A stretch of 64,000 nt of DNA from Macrostomum lignano (GCA_002269645.1 NIVC01001379.1:124001-188000), one strand, 5' to 3'; positions 20,550 to 34,744 are shown, numbered from the stretch's first letter. Numbers and translations are program-made. The notes: generated by a model from the sequence alone, not told the origin.

Positions 20550-20924
20550 GTCGAACTTATCGAACAATTAAACGCCAAAACGTGGACGCTGACAGCTACT
20601 CTAGAGCTACAGCTGGACTCGGTGCACTCAGGGCTGCTCCGTGCGGCCTTTCGAGCTGACGAGAGCGTCCGCGCTGGCCTGCCACGTCCAAGCGATCTAC
20701 TGCGCCGTCGGCGACTCCAGCTCGCAGGCCATCTCATCCGCGCCGAGTCGTACTGCCCACAGTCGGTGCAGGAGGTGCTGCTCCTCACGCTGCAGGCACC
20801 ATACCGGCGAGGTCAAGCGCGAACTCGGCGTTACGTCAACTGTCTGCTGGCTGACGCCGGCGCCCCGGACACTGCCGGTGGCGCGGCCTTTATTCGCGCC
20901 CAAGCCATGAAGCGTGCCCTGTGA
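20550..20924 (+). mobile_element. 5'-truncated 3' fragment of an RTE-like non-LTR retrotransposon ORF2
   Basis: NAKTWTLTATLELQLD...LRRRRLQLAGHLIR...RRGQAR resembles the post-RT tail (ETWTL...RRRLRWxGHxxR) of RTE-clade LINEs. Confidence 0.7.
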
Positions 20925-22344
20925 CGCTGACTTTTGCCATCTTGACAGCGTATTTTGTTGTTGTGTGTTGCAAGGGTCTGTTTAGGCGGGGTCAGGCTCG
21001 ACTCCGTCGAAAAGTCGACTGCCTGCTGTGCGACGCTGGGACGCCCCAGGGACGCTCGGACTTTGTTTGCTCCCAGGCTCTGCAGCGTGCCATCTGACGC
21101 GCCCTGCTCTAACTGTGACCTCTGCTTGCGGGGCCGCGTATTTTGTTGTTGTTGTTACATTATCTTTGCTGCCGATCTTAAGCAATGTGCTTACTGAGCC
21201 AAGTAATACTCAGCAACATCGAAAAAGTCGCCATCACAGAGATTTCGTCTGTGGTTGCCAATTTTGAGAGTGCAGGCAAATCTCTCAATCTTTGCGAGTG
21301 ACGCGACTTAGCTATGCCGCGGCAGACTTAAGTTGAGGAATGAAGTTGAGAGAGCGGTGTGCGAGGGTTTGACGGATTAAAGCTACCTCGATCGGTTTTC
21401 TCATGTCTTTTATTTCAGAATAGTCCAAGAGAAATTGCTCAGTGGCGCGTAGTCGGCGTAGAGTGGCGACATTTCAATGTTGCTGAGTAGCTATACAAGT
21501 ACAATGTACACTTTTGTTATTATACATTCGACAGATAAGCGACATTATTAGGTCCAATACTCAACTGATTGACATTTTAAAGAGCATTTGCACTTCTCCA
21601 AAAACTACATGAAAATGAGATCGAGGTAACCATAATCTCGACGAATGACAGGAGCAAAAGACAGGGGCGCCCACCGGCCCAAGACACGAAGTATATTGGC
21701 ATTCCTTTTTATTTACGACCCTCCAAAATTAAAATTCCTATTATGTAGGCCACTGAATTAACAGTAGAACTACCAAGAGGGAGGGGGGAGGGGGATTTCT
21801 CCCCCCCCCCATGACAACTTTTTTCGAGAAGGCAAATAGCGTGGATGACTTCTGCAAGAGCAGGCTGGGCGACTTGCGCAGGGCGCTCAGCGGAGAGGTG
21901 CAGCTCACTTGAAATGGCGTCTCTTCTACTCTGATTTCTCTTATGAGAGAAAAAAACGGAAAAATCACAAACTTATAGAATCAATATTTTATCATTAATC
22001 AAATCGATGCTTAAGTGTTTAGTTTTTCTTCTGTTTTCACTATATAGCTATGCTTTCTAAAACTGTTATTCTAAACTTTTTGATCCTGGTTTCTTTTTTA
22101 TAACTTGCTTCCGATCTCGAAAATTTGCTGAATTTTAATCAAAAAACAGACAAACGACAAGATTTGCAATTTGTTTAAACGCGACGCAAAGAATCGCGGG
22201 CGTGTATTGAAATAATCAATACAACAGGTAAATTTAAAAAAAGCAGGTTAAAAAAAGCAACAAATAAATCAAATGCAAAAGAGTCGATACGTACACCGGA
22301 CAACATGAGCAAGCAATGGCAAAATTAAAGACAATGTCACGATG

Positions 22345-23390
22345 TTAAAAACGCCGTTTAAACAGACGTGACGATTTCACTTCTTGGCTGTAGCGAGCAA
22401 AGCTGTCTGAAATGATGCAGAATAAAGCATGGAGCTCATTAGAAATCGGATGTCTATGAGAGCCATGCTCGCAGCTGCACTGACTCACCCTGATCGCACT
22501 GACTACCACCCCGGGGAACAATGCCGCAGGCGGTGGCCCAGCACTGGCACTCAGCTGCGCCGGGTAACCTGCCTGCTGCACACATTGCGAATTTGACGCG
22601 AAATTCTGCGCAACACGCGGCTGCGTCAGGCTTGCCGCAGAGCTTTAAAATAAAAATACAGATTACAAATTAGCAGCCATTAACTGATTCAGTCAGCACA
22701 ATAGCAAGAAATCTAGTAGCTACCTTCTCAGACAGCAGATCATCACTGAGCGATACTAACTTGATCGAATCCGCTTGCGCCAGGTACTTTAAACAGGTGG
22801 GCGACAGATAGCGATTGCCTTTAGGTGTTTTTCAAGCAATGCTTTGATTATGAAGACGCAGGTTGATAGTTAGGAAGTTTCTGAACATTTCTTCCTCCAG
22901 GTAAGTACTAAATATTTACTACCTGCCAGTTCAACAATGGTGAGTGGCGCTCATACCGCCTATTAGCCGCAATGACTGGCACAAGCGGGTGCTGGTCCCA
23001 CAGCCGGACACCGCGAATTGACACCCTGCGCAGCCAGCGCATCAGCGGCAGAACCAGCAGCAGCCGGTTGCACAGAGGTGAGCCCGGCTCCACCTGAATG
23101 AAGTCCAAGCACAGACAGGTGCAAAAACTGTCGCTAAACGCCTGGTCCATGAGCCGACAGACGCTAACTAACCGATCATCAGGGTCGCAGCTCCTATTCT
23201 CAAGCTGCTCAACTGCAGTCGCACTGCAGAAGCGTTGCAGCATGTCCAAGCCCAGGTGCTCGGCACGAATGCCAGCGAATCAACTTGGTGCAGATGAGGA
23301 CCGATGAATCTGCAGCAGATGGCGGTCAGGCTCTCGGGCTGGTGCATCGCAGACTGGCTGCAGTGGAAATTTGAATTCCTCTGTAATAAT
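22345..23390 (-). pseudogene. Spliced, frameshifted LRR-like coding exons downstream of the PLK gene (pseudogene or assembly errors)
   Basis: LxxLxLxx-like segments LHQVD(F)AGIR, LRRVSIRGVRL and LTIVELAG/NRYLSPTCL are joined by GT-AG introns near 22920/22820 and 22760/22645. Two apparent -1 shifts occur at homopolymers. Confidence 0.45.
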
Positions 23391-23479
23391 GGCCTCCTTT
23401 GTATGCAATCATAATCAAGAGTGAGGCTACAATATTCTAAGGGAATTAAAGGACACTTAGTAGTCACTGCACAGCCATC

Positions 23480-23925
23480 TGGTATAAACACACCCGTCCA
23501 CTATAAACACACCCGTCCACTATAAACACACCCGTCCACTATAAACACACCCGTCCACTATAAACACACCCGTCCACTTTAAACACATCCATCCACTATA
23601 AACACACACCGTCTACTATAAACACATACGTCTACTATAAACACACCCGTCTACTATAAACACACCCGTCTACTATAAACACACCCGTCCACTATAAACA
23701 CACCCGTCCACTATAAACACACCCGTCCACTATAAACACACACCGTCTACTATAAACACACCCGTCTACTATAAACACACCCGTCTACTATAAACACACC
23801 CGTCCACTATAAACACACCCGTCCACTATAAACACACCCGTCCACTATAAACACACACCGTCTACTATAAACACACCCGTCCACTATAAACACACCCATG
23901 CACTATAAACACACCCGTCTACCTA
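23480..23925. repeat. 19-bp minisatellite (CTATAAACACACCCGTCCA)n
   Basis: Tandem units visible directly. Confidence 0.95.
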
Positions 23926-24340
23926 CAGAAACTATAGGAACTTATAGAAAGTCAAAATGATCAAGCTAGCTTTAGCCACATTTTGTTAAAAAAGAAAAAT
24001 AGCAATCGACCGAACTAAATAATAAAAAAATACACGCAAAAAGTTGTGTATTTTGGTAGCAATAATATTTAAAACATTTTCAAACAAAAAACAAATGGCA
24101 ATAACGTGTTAGAACTAGAAGCAAAATAAATAATAACAAAACTGCAGATACATAAAACAGCAAATGCTTAAAACTTGAGTTTAAATACTAATTCAACCTT
24201 CTTGAAAGAGAGGCGCAAAATACCCTGGACAGCTGAAGTAGCAAGACTTTACGCTCGCACTCTCGACTTGATCCTTCTGCATCGGCTGTCTTCTCTTCTG
24301 GGGTCCGGGCGGATTCGCTGGCCAACTGCAAATCCCCAGA

Positions 24341-24654
24341 TCAGCGAAGCCGCTTCTCCTCCAGCAGCCGTTTCAACAGCGCCCTGGCCAGCTCTTCCGC
24401 GTTGGCCAGCATGCAGCGAAATTTATAGTCGAAGGTGTCTCTCTCGCCGCGGGTGCAGCCGCTGGGCAGCTTCAGCAGCTGACAGAATTTATAGAACTGC
24501 GCCAAAGGTGGCGGCGACCCAGATGGCTTGATGAGGCACACAGATTCTGACTGGGGGCACTGGATCAGTTTGCTGTGGTCAGACAGGTTGTTCACCTGGC
24601 GAGTGGGCGGTTTCGTGGCGTTAGTTAGTTAGTTAGTCAGTTAGTCAGTCAGTC

Positions 24655-24737
<83 letters not shown>

Positions 24738-24766
24738 CAGTTAGTTAGTCAGTTAGTCAGTCAGTC

Positions 24767-24813
<47 letters not shown>

Positions 24814-24818
24814 CAGTC

Positions 24819-24853
<35 letters not shown>

Positions 24854-25322
24854 CAGTCAGTTAGTTAGTCAGTTAGTCAGTTAGTTAGTTAGTCAGTTAG
24901 TTAGTCAGTTAGTCAGTCAGTCAGTCAGTTAGTTAGTCAGTTAGTTAGTCAGTCAGTTAGTTAGTCAGTTAGTCAGTTAGTCAGTTAGTTAGTTAGTCAG
25001 TCAGTCAGTTAGTTAGTTAGTCAGTCAGTTAGTTAGTTAGTCAGTTAGTTAGTCAGTTAGTCAGTCAGTCAGTCAGTTAGTTAGTCAGTTAGTTAGTCAG
25101 TCAGTTAGTCAGTCAGTTAGTTAGTCAGTTAGTCAGTTAGTCAGTTAGTTAGTTAGTCAGTCAGTCAGTTAGTTAGTTAGTCAGTCAGTTAGTTAGTCAG
25201 TTAGTCAGTTAGTTAGTTAGTCAGTCAGTTAGTTAGTTAGTCAGTCAGTCAGTTAGTTAGTTAGTTAGTCAGTTAGTTAGTCAGTTAGTCAGTTAGTTAG
25301 TCAGTTAGTCAGTCAGTCAGTC

Positions 25323-25367
<45 letters not shown>

Positions 25368-25386
25368 CTCAGTTAGTCAGTCAGTC

Positions 25387-25453
<67 letters not shown>

Positions 25454-25482
25454 CAGTTAGTTAGTCAGTTAGTCAGTCAGTC

Positions 25483-25521
<39 letters not shown>

Positions 25522-28500
25522 CAGTCAGTCAGTTAGTTAGTTAGTTAGTTAGTTAGTCAGTCAGTTAGTTAGTCAGTTAGTCAGTTAGTTAGTTAGTCAG
25601 TTAGTTAGTCAGTTAGTCAGTCAGTCAGTCAGTTAGTTAGTCAGTTAGTTAGTTAGTCAGTCAGTTAGTTAGTCAGTTAGTCAGTTAGTCAGTTAGTTAG
25701 TTAGTCAGTCAGTCAGTCAGTTAGTTAGTCAGTCAGTTAGTTAGTCAGTTAGTTAGTTAGTTAGTTAGTCAGTCAGTTAGTTAGTTAGTCAGTCAGTCAG
25801 TCAGTTAGTTAGTCAGTCAGTTAGTTAGTCAGTTAGTCAGTCAGTTAGTCAGTCAGTTAGTTAGTCAGTTAGTCAGTTAGTCAGTTAGTCAATTAGTTAG
25901 TTAGTTAGTTAGTCAGTCAGTCAGTTAGTTAGTTAGTTAGTTAGTTAGTGAGTGAGCTACATATCTATCATCTACCTGCATCCGCCCTGCTACATGTAAA
26001 TCAATCAATCTCGATCAAGGTACCCATCAACTTATCAACCTACTCCCACGACAGCCTACCTGCAGCACGCCGTCGCTCATGCAGAATGCCACGTAGCGTC
26101 GAGTCCGCATCCAGGCCATCACCAGAATCGGCGCTCTGTCCCGCGTCGAATCGCCGACATCCAACAATTCGTTCCGACAGTTTTCTCTTCCGCTGGCGCT
26201 GTCGACTTCGCTGCTTAGAGCGTCAGCAGCGGATGCCAGGTTCTGCTCCAGGTAGCTTCTAAACAGGCCCAGCAATTTGAGTCGCTTGGCTTCGTCCTTG
26301 TCCTCGACTTTTACAGCGCTCCAACTGTACAAGACGTCAGGAGACGAGCAGCGCTGAAGCGCTCGACAGCCGTCGTTGAAGACGGCGCCAACCGAGCCAT
26401 CTGGCAGCTGGTAGCCCAGCCCGATGCCGGCCGTGACGCAGTCAACCCAGCGGCACACCCAGGCTGGCGGGGTCAGCGTCATTGGCTGCAGCTCTGTTGG
26501 GTCAAATATGCCGTCTAGTGGTCTGGCGGGCGGGCCTGGAATGGCGATGCTATGGCGATTGGAGGGCGATGCTATGGCGATTGGAGGGCGATGCTATGGC
26601 GATTGGAGGGCGATGCTATGGGGATTGGAGGGCGATGCTATGGCGATTGGAGGGCGATGCTATAGCGATTGGAAGGCGATGTTATAGCGATTGGAGGGCG
26701 ATGCTATAGCGATTGGAGGGCGATGCTATGGCGATTGGAGGGCGATGCTATGGCGATTGGAGGGCGATGCTATGGGGATTGGAGAGCGATGCTATGGCGA
26801 TTGGAGGGCGATGCTATAGCGATTGAAAGGCGATGCTATGGCGATTGAAAGGCGATGCTATGGCGATTAAAGGGTGATGCTATAGCGATTGGAGCTCGAT
26901 GCTATAGCGATTGAAAGGCGATGCTATGGCGATTGAAAGGCGATGCTATGGCGATTGGAGGGCGATGCTATAGCGATTGAAAGGCGATGCTATGGCGATT
27001 GGAGGGCGATGCTATGGCGATTGGAGGGCGATGCTATAGCGATTGGAGGGCGATGCTATGGCGATTGGAGGGCGATGCTATGGGGATTGGAGGGCGATGC
27101 TATGGCGATTGGAGGGCGATGCTATAGCGATTGGAAGGCGATGTTATAGCGATTGGAGGGCGATGCTATAGCGATTGGAGGGCGATGCTATGGCGATTGG
27201 AGGGCGATGCTATGGCGATTGGAGGGCGATGCTATGGGGATTGGAGGGCGATGCTATGGCGATTGGAGGGCGATGCTATAGCGATTGGAAGGCGATGTTA
27301 TAGCGATTGGAGGGCGATGCTATAGCGATTGGAGGGCGATGCTATGGCGATTGGAGGGCGATGCTATAGCGATTGGAGGGCGATGCTATGGCGATTGGAG
27401 GGCGATGCTATGGGGATTGGAGCTCGATGCTATAGCGATTGAAAGGCGATGCTATGGCGATTGAAAGGCGATGCTATGGCGATTAAAGGGTGATGCTATA
27501 GCGATTGGAGCTCGATGCTATAGCGATTGAAAGGCGATGCTATGGCGATTGAAAGGCGATGCTATGGCGATTGGAGGGCGATGCTATAGCGATTGAAAGG
27601 CGATGCTATGGCGATTGGAGGGCGATGCTATGGCGATTGGAGGGCGATGCTATGGCGATTGGAGGGCGATGCTATAGCGATTGGAAGGCGATGTTATAGC
27701 GATTGGAGGGCGATGCTATAGCGATTGGAGGGCGATTTATAATTATATATTGAGCACATGGTCACTCCTTAGTGAATGGGCCGTTGATAATTGATTACAC
27801 CTGCCTCAATTGGGCCAGATGTGCAACCGATAGCTCAGCCGCAGCTATTTGCGCGGCGCATCTGAAGGCTGCGTACGGCTGTTCCGTCCAAGGACTGGGG
27901 GGTCGCCACACACACCCTAAATTACCCCAGCTAATGCTGGCATCCATTTTACAGCTGGGTGTCCTGCTCAAGGTCACAAATTGTTTCGAGGGGGTCAAGA
28001 ATCGAACCCCTGACCTTTCAATCGTGAGTCCACATGCTTTCAGACAATGAGGATTAAATAAGTTTGAGCTCAAAAGCGTATTAATCATTGTTCCAAAAAC
28101 AAAATGAAAATCAAGATCCCATTCACCAGCCAGTCGCTTGCCCTTCCTCTTCAACGACAGCTCGGCCTCCTCTGCAGCGTCCGCCCCGTCCACCAGGTTC
28201 TGCAGCAGGCGGGACAGGCTCCGACAGCTGGCGATGGACACGTCGAGATCATCGAGGGCGCCGCGACAGCTGCTGGAGAACAGCGGCGGGCTGCTGAATG
28301 CAGAATCGGGCAGGCAGCGCAGCTGGAGCCGTGCGGCGCCCAGGTAGGCGGCCGAGTCGGTGTCCGCCAGGTTGGCAACGTCGGCTGCCGATGGCCGAGC
28401 CGAGGGCGACGCGGACAGCAGGCGGGTGATGAAATTGGCGGCCGCAGGCGGGAAGTGGCGCCGCTGGAGGCTGAGGCGGCCAGCGCGGATGAGGCGGCAG

Positions 28501-30975
28501 GTCTTGATGAAGGAGGGAGAGGGAGAGGGAGATACGAGCCTGTAGATCTGAATACAGAATCCTGAATTTGAGACCATCGATGTGCGACTGGGACATGGAA
28601 TCTGGATCTAAAATATATTTGTAGGACCGTATTGGGATCTGGGATCAGGAATGTAGGATTTGGCATCTGGAATCGGGAATGTAGGATTTGGCATCTGGAA
28701 TCGGGAATGTAGGATTAGGCATCTGGAATCGGGAATGTAGGATTAGGCATCTGGAATCGGGAATATAGGATTAGGCATCTGGAATCGGGTATGTAGGATT
28801 AGGCATCTGGAATCGGGAATGTAGGATTAGGCATCTGGAATCGGGAATGTAGGATTAGGCATCTGGAATCGGGAATGTAGGATTAGGCATCTGGAATCGG
28901 GTATGTAGGATTAGGCATCTGGAATCGGGAATGTAGGATTAGGCATCTGGAATCGGGAATGTAGGATTAGGCATCTGGAATCGGGAATGTAGGATTAGGC
29001 ATCTGGAATCGGGAATGTAGGATTAGGCATCTGGAATCGGGAATGTAGGATTTGGCATCTGGAATCGGGAATGTAGGATTAGGCATCTGGAATCGGGAAT
29101 GCAGGACTAGGCATCTGGAATCGGGAATGCAGGATTAGGCATCTGGAATCGGGAATGCAGAATTAGGCATCTGGAATAAGGAATGCAGAATTAGGCATCT
29201 GGAATCGGGAATGCAGAATTAGGCATCTGGAATAAGGAATGCAGAATTAGGCATCTGGAATCGGGAATGCAGGATTAGGCATCTGGAATCGGGAATGTAC
29301 CTGGTAGGATTAGGCATCTGGAATCGGGAATGTAGGATTAGGCATCTGGAATCGGGAATGTAGGATTAGGCATCTGGAATCGGGAATGTAGGATTAGGCA
29401 TCTGGAATCGGGAATGTAGGATTAGGCATCTGGAATCGGGAATGTAGGATTAGGCATCTGGAATCGGGAATGTAGGATTAGGCATCTCGAATCCAGGATC
29501 GGATAATAATAATAATTCATTCTGAAAGTGTTAGCAAAGAACTGAAATTCTCCACCGCTCACCTCCAACGCATTCGCTCCCTTGAATGGCAAGTCGCCAG
29601 CCAGCATAACGTGCATAATGCAACCAATGGCCCAGATATCCGCGGCGAAGTAGCAGCAGCAGGCGAAGTTCGAACTCCTCGGCGAGCCGATTGCGCCGAG
29701 CAGCTCCGGCGCCATGTAGGCGAGGGTGCCGCAGACGGGCTGCCGGCTGCCGGACTCCTCGGCTGGCCGGCAGGCGAACCCGAAATCGGCGATGCGCAGC
29801 AGCATCCGCTCGGTGAGCACCAGGTTGCTGGGCTTCAGGTCGCGGTGGGCAACGCCGCAACGGCGGTGCAAATGCTGGCAGCCGTCGAATAGTTGGCGAA
29901 GATAGAACTGCGCCTCCGGCTGCGAGACCGCGCCGCGAAGGCTGATCACGTCCTGCGGGGGAGGGAGGAATGGCGATAATGTCAAATCATGTCAAATGAT
30001 GATCATGTCAAATAATGATCATGTCAAATGATGACCCTGTCAAATGATGACCATGTCAAATAATTATTATGTCAAATGATGATCATGTCAAATAATGATT
30101 ATGTCAAATGATGACCCTGTCAAATGATGATCATGTCAAATAATGATCATGTCAAATGATGACCCTGTCAAATGATGATTATGTCAAATAATGATTATGT
30201 CAAATGATGATCATGTCAAATAATGATCATGTCAAATGATGACCCTGTCAAATGATGATTATGTCAAATAATGATTATGTCAAATGATGATCATGTTAAA
30301 TGATGATGATGCCAAATGATGATCATGTCAAATAATGATCATGTCAAATGATGACCATGTCAAATGATGATCATGTTAAATGATGATGATGCCAAATGAT
30401 GATGATGCCAAATGATATTCATGTCAAATGATAATCATGACAAATGATAATCATGTCAAATGATAATCATGCCAAATGATAATCATGACAAATGGTTATC
30501 ATGTCAAATGATTATTATTATTAAATGATGATGATGTCAAATAATGATGATGTCAAATAATGATGTGACAAATGATGATCATGACATATCTGTCAAATAA
30601 TAAATCATACAATGCACCAATCACCTGTAAAGTCTGCCTAGTGCACAGCTCAGTCAGCAGGTAGACACCAACGGAGTCCTCAAACCAGTCAATCAGTTGC
30701 AGCACATGCCGATGCTTAGGCAGACTGGAATGCAGGCGAATCTCTCTGGCCAATCGCTGCTGAGCAGCCGGGCTGTCAATCAGTCGGCATTTTGGCAAAG
30801 CTTTGCAGGCGAGGCACTGCAGTCTGGCAGTTCTAGTTGTAGGCAGAAGTGACAGCACAGCGAAACAGCTTGACGTGGCACCCCGGCCAAGCAGGCAGAG
30901 TCGGCGATATGTGGTGCCATTGCGCTTGTTGGTCAGCTGCAGACTGGGCGTGAACTCTATGGGGGCCAGGAGCAT
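24341..30975 (-). CDS. Divergent Polo-like kinase; exons 30975-30625, 29952-29563, 28547-28127, 26493-26060, 24595-24341
   Basis: Kinase motifs LGRGATSSC, LACK, REIRLHSSL, HRDLKPSN, DFG, CGTLAYMAPE and DIWAIGC. Polo box 1 WVCRWVDC...GLGYQL...VGAVFNDG. Polo box 2 LQVNNLSDHSKLIQCP. Junction phases 0, 0, 1, 0 are all compatible. Confidence 0.9.
24620..25947. repeat. (TTAG/TCAG)n compound microsatellite in PLK intron 4
   Basis: Tandem units visible directly. Confidence 0.97.
26540..27735. repeat. 22-bp minisatellite (GGAGGGCGATGCTATGGCGATT)n in PLK intron 3
   Basis: Tandem units with an internal higher-order block duplication. Confidence 0.96.
28640..29490. repeat. 28-bp minisatellite (GAATGTAGGATTAGGCATCTGGAATCGG)n in PLK intron 2
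   Basis: Tandem units visible directly. Confidence 0.96.
29985..30590. repeat. About 16-bp minisatellite (GATCATGTCAAATGAT)n in PLK intron 1
   Basis: Tandem units visible directly. Confidence 0.93.
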
Positions 30976-33900
30976 ACATTATATAATTATTTTAAATACC
31001 ATTCTTAAAACAATTTTTACTACTTTAGCTGAAAACAATAATTACTACTACATGTAGTAGCATATACAAAAAATTACACATTATTAATAGTAAAAATTTA
31101 CATACTTCCTCATATTTCAATGTAAAATGCCAGTAAAAGTGTATTATTATCAATTTTTATAAGAATATATGTATACTAAAAGAACACAAGTAACAAGAGA
31201 ATGGTAGGTATTTGTATAATATTTATATTTTTTGATAGTACAGTTTTTTCCAGACAATATTATTTTGGGGCAATCCAGCTGAGTCAAGCCTAGAGGCTAT
31301 GTATATGTTTATATTAATATATATATAAACACTGAAGCATCTATGGTTTTGCTCACTAAGCTTAACTAAAAATTCAAGGCTTGTTCTTTTGTACAACATA
31401 TACAGTACTCAAGGAATTAGGACTATTTAGCAGTTCTATCAAGATCAGACAACAATAGACTAGATTATAGACATTTATCAACTTTAATTCCAAAATGAAA
31501 GAGCTTTTAAAGATTTTTAACCTATCCTAGCAAATAATACACACCAAACAAGATAGGAAATTGAAAAGGAAATATCTAGGCTGGGAAAAATTATAGAAAA
31601 GATATATAACTTGATTAGTTTAGATTAGATTAGTTTGTTTCTATTTATATCTATGTCTACAACTAACCTAAGACTTATTACATATTTTTTCTCAAAAGAC
31701 AAAAAGAAGTAATTTTATAGAAAATTTTATAAAGAATTTCTTAGGCCTATTAGTTCTTGGTATTTTCCAGTGTTAGGCACCCTTAATTAAAATCTTAACT
31801 TCCATTAATGGCAAAAAGTAGCATTAAAACAAAAATCTTAATTTTAAAAATCTAAACTCTAAAAATCTTAACTCTAATTTCATTAAGTTAATTGAAAGTT
31901 AACTGATTAATCTGTTAATGTTAAAATTTTAATAATCAACATAGAAAATATAGAAATCATACACTTTTTTCAAAACAGACTTCCATAATGCATTGTCTTT
32001 GCTTTTTTACCTTTATAGCAAAACACAGGTCATCTAAGGGATCTACAAGCAAAAAAGTAATAAATAATAATTTAAAAAGCTTTTATATATAATACTACTA
32101 AAATTAAGCATATGGTAAAATAAGTAACTCATTTATTTGAAACTTGAAAGCTAATTAGATATTAATAAAATACAACTAGGAAGGTTGTTTCAGTAGCATT
32201 AGCAGGCATAGCAGAAAGTTACAAAAGATTGGGAAAGAAGTGAATCAAAATGATCCATGCTTATGTGCAAGCAATAAAGTTCATAATTTGAATTCATTAT
32301 TAAAGTTCATTAATGCAAATTTGTTGCATTAATCTTTAATTGCATTAATTAAACAAAAAAATCTTGATGATAGTCAATTAACATTAATGAAAAATCTTAA
32401 TGCTTATAAATGCTTATTAATAGATTAACATTTATTAATGGACTGGTGCCCAACACTGGTATTTTTAGACATTTAAAAAATCTTTAAAAGCATGCGATGG
32501 CAGTCAATATGTTGTATTTAATATCTTGACAAGATTTGAGACAATATATAAAACTATGATAGACTTCTAAAAGATGTCAAATAATTTTAATCTATCAAAA
32601 ACTTATACAAAATTTAATTTAACTAAGTATGACTAGTAGTGCAAGCTAGGCTTACTGTCTAGCCTACACAAAAGCTATTTTTCATCTTTTATTTATAATT
32701 TTTGATATTAAGCTCATTTATTTAAGGCTAAATTAGATAGAAAACTTTTCCCAAAATGGATATAACTAGAGATTAAAAATGAAGTTTAGAAAAATCACAA
32801 ACTGTTAAACACAAAACACCCCTGGATAGGTTAAATTATAGTGATCTATGTGCTAAAAAATCATAGGTCTAAATGTTAAAAAGAATATAAAATCATATCA
32901 ATGAATGAATTAGGTTTATTAATCAGCACAAAAACTTTTGATGCAACGAAAACTAACAATGTACTTGTAAATCACAAAAAAGTGCTAGTGGTCAAATATT
33001 CAGCATTGTGATATGATGTGGGAATGATGATAACATGCAAATATGCTTTATTCCATGCAATGCAAGGACTTTATATTTAAAGGGCCTGAAATCTTCACTG
33101 GTTCTACAGTGAATAAAATATCTAATAATTTATTTTGAAGAGCCCCTAGCGATTTCTTTATTGCTGCAGTATAATGATACTGACAAGTGACAACTACAGC
33201 TAGGCGACTTAATTCAAATCAGTTGTCAAAGTGGCGCAGCCTGGCGGGAGCGCAAAAGTAGTAGTAGTAAGTTGGCTCAGGCAAGAAGCCTGTTTGGCCA
33301 GTATATTTCTGTGTATTTAAGTTATTTTAGCATTAGTTGTTTAATTACGATTAAGTTCAAAAGGTTAAATTTGTTCAAAAGGTTAAATTTTTACACGAGT
33401 TACGATGCGAGTTACGATATTTGTAAAATTATTAAGGTATTTGAAAGAGCGTTTTTTGTAAAAAGATGTAGTATTTTGCAAGTGCGCAATATTTCAAAGC
33501 GTGAAAAACGAACGAAAAATGAACAAAAACGAACTTCGAAAGAACTTTAACGTTAAACGAATAGCGACGATTTAAATAGCGATGGCAATTCGAGCATGCG
33601 ATGGCAATTCGAAAATCGTTTGATGATGTCGGTTAAAACAAAAGCGTTGAAAAATAGACCTATTAAGACTGATAAAGTAGCTTCTGTAATAATTTTTTCT
33701 CACTTTTAAGCAATCTCGCAACTGTTGGTTAAGAATATAATTTCGCGAAAACTGTTGCAGATTTTTTGCCAATTTTCGCGAGCATGCAGTGGTAAGGGAA
33801 TCAGTCAAACTATGAGAATAGTTTCACTGAGTTTTCACTGAGTTCCTCTGAATAGTTTCACATAGTTTCTCCTAGTTTCTCAAACTATGAGAAACTATGA

Positions 33901-34589
33901 GATTTTTAGTTTGACGGTGCACATGTACAAATTTACGTAAGTATTGTACAAATACAAATTTACAAATTATACAAATTTACGTAGTAGTAGTACATGTACT
34001 ACTACTACGTCTCAAAAAATTTTCCTGTGTATATAGCTACTTAGGAGAGCAAAACATTATTTTTTAGACTTGAAGGGCCAGAAAAATCACATAGAATGGA
34101 AATATAAGGCTAAATAAAGGTGTTTAAGTGCTTTCTCACGTACGAGAACAGCCGCGATAACTGCCTGCATGGCTAAAAAATCATTAAATACTATCAGTTC
34201 ATCTGACTGCATGCAGCTTTGAACTATAGTTTATATCTGATTTTAAGGACCTATAAGTTTTCGAGCTGGCATGGGAACCGCTAAGCTATATGACTGTACT
34301 AAATCGAACAAAAATTGGCAGTTCTTTTTATTGCAGGGCCGGCCATGAACATGTGATCGAACGCTTAGAATAGAATAGAACATTCACAGAATGGGAGTAT
34401 TTGTCTATGTTGCGGATTATAAGGTCGTTTGAATTAAGTCTTACTCACCAGAGGAATTTTTCGAGATTGAGCAAATTCGATTTTTTCATACGGCCTATCA
34501 CATTGTACATGTATAGTCGCTAAAGTGCGCATATTATAAGCTTCTTATATACGAGTTATATGATTCCCAGGATTCGAAAATTCGGCTCT

Positions 34590-34685
34590 AAGTTACTCAA
34601 CGATACTCCCTTGTTACTCACTGATTCACTAAGTTACTCAATGATCTCCAAAGTTACTCAATGATTCCCAGATTTACTCAGTATC
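34590..34685. repeat. Left arm of an inverted 20-bp repeat array (AAGTTACTCAATGATTCCC...)
   Basis: Reverse complement of the array at 41750-42140. Confidence 0.75.
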
Positions 34686-34744
34686 TCAAGAACTGCCTTA
34701 GATGTACTGTAGACGTGTGGTTTTTGTAGGCACCTGCTGCCCAG

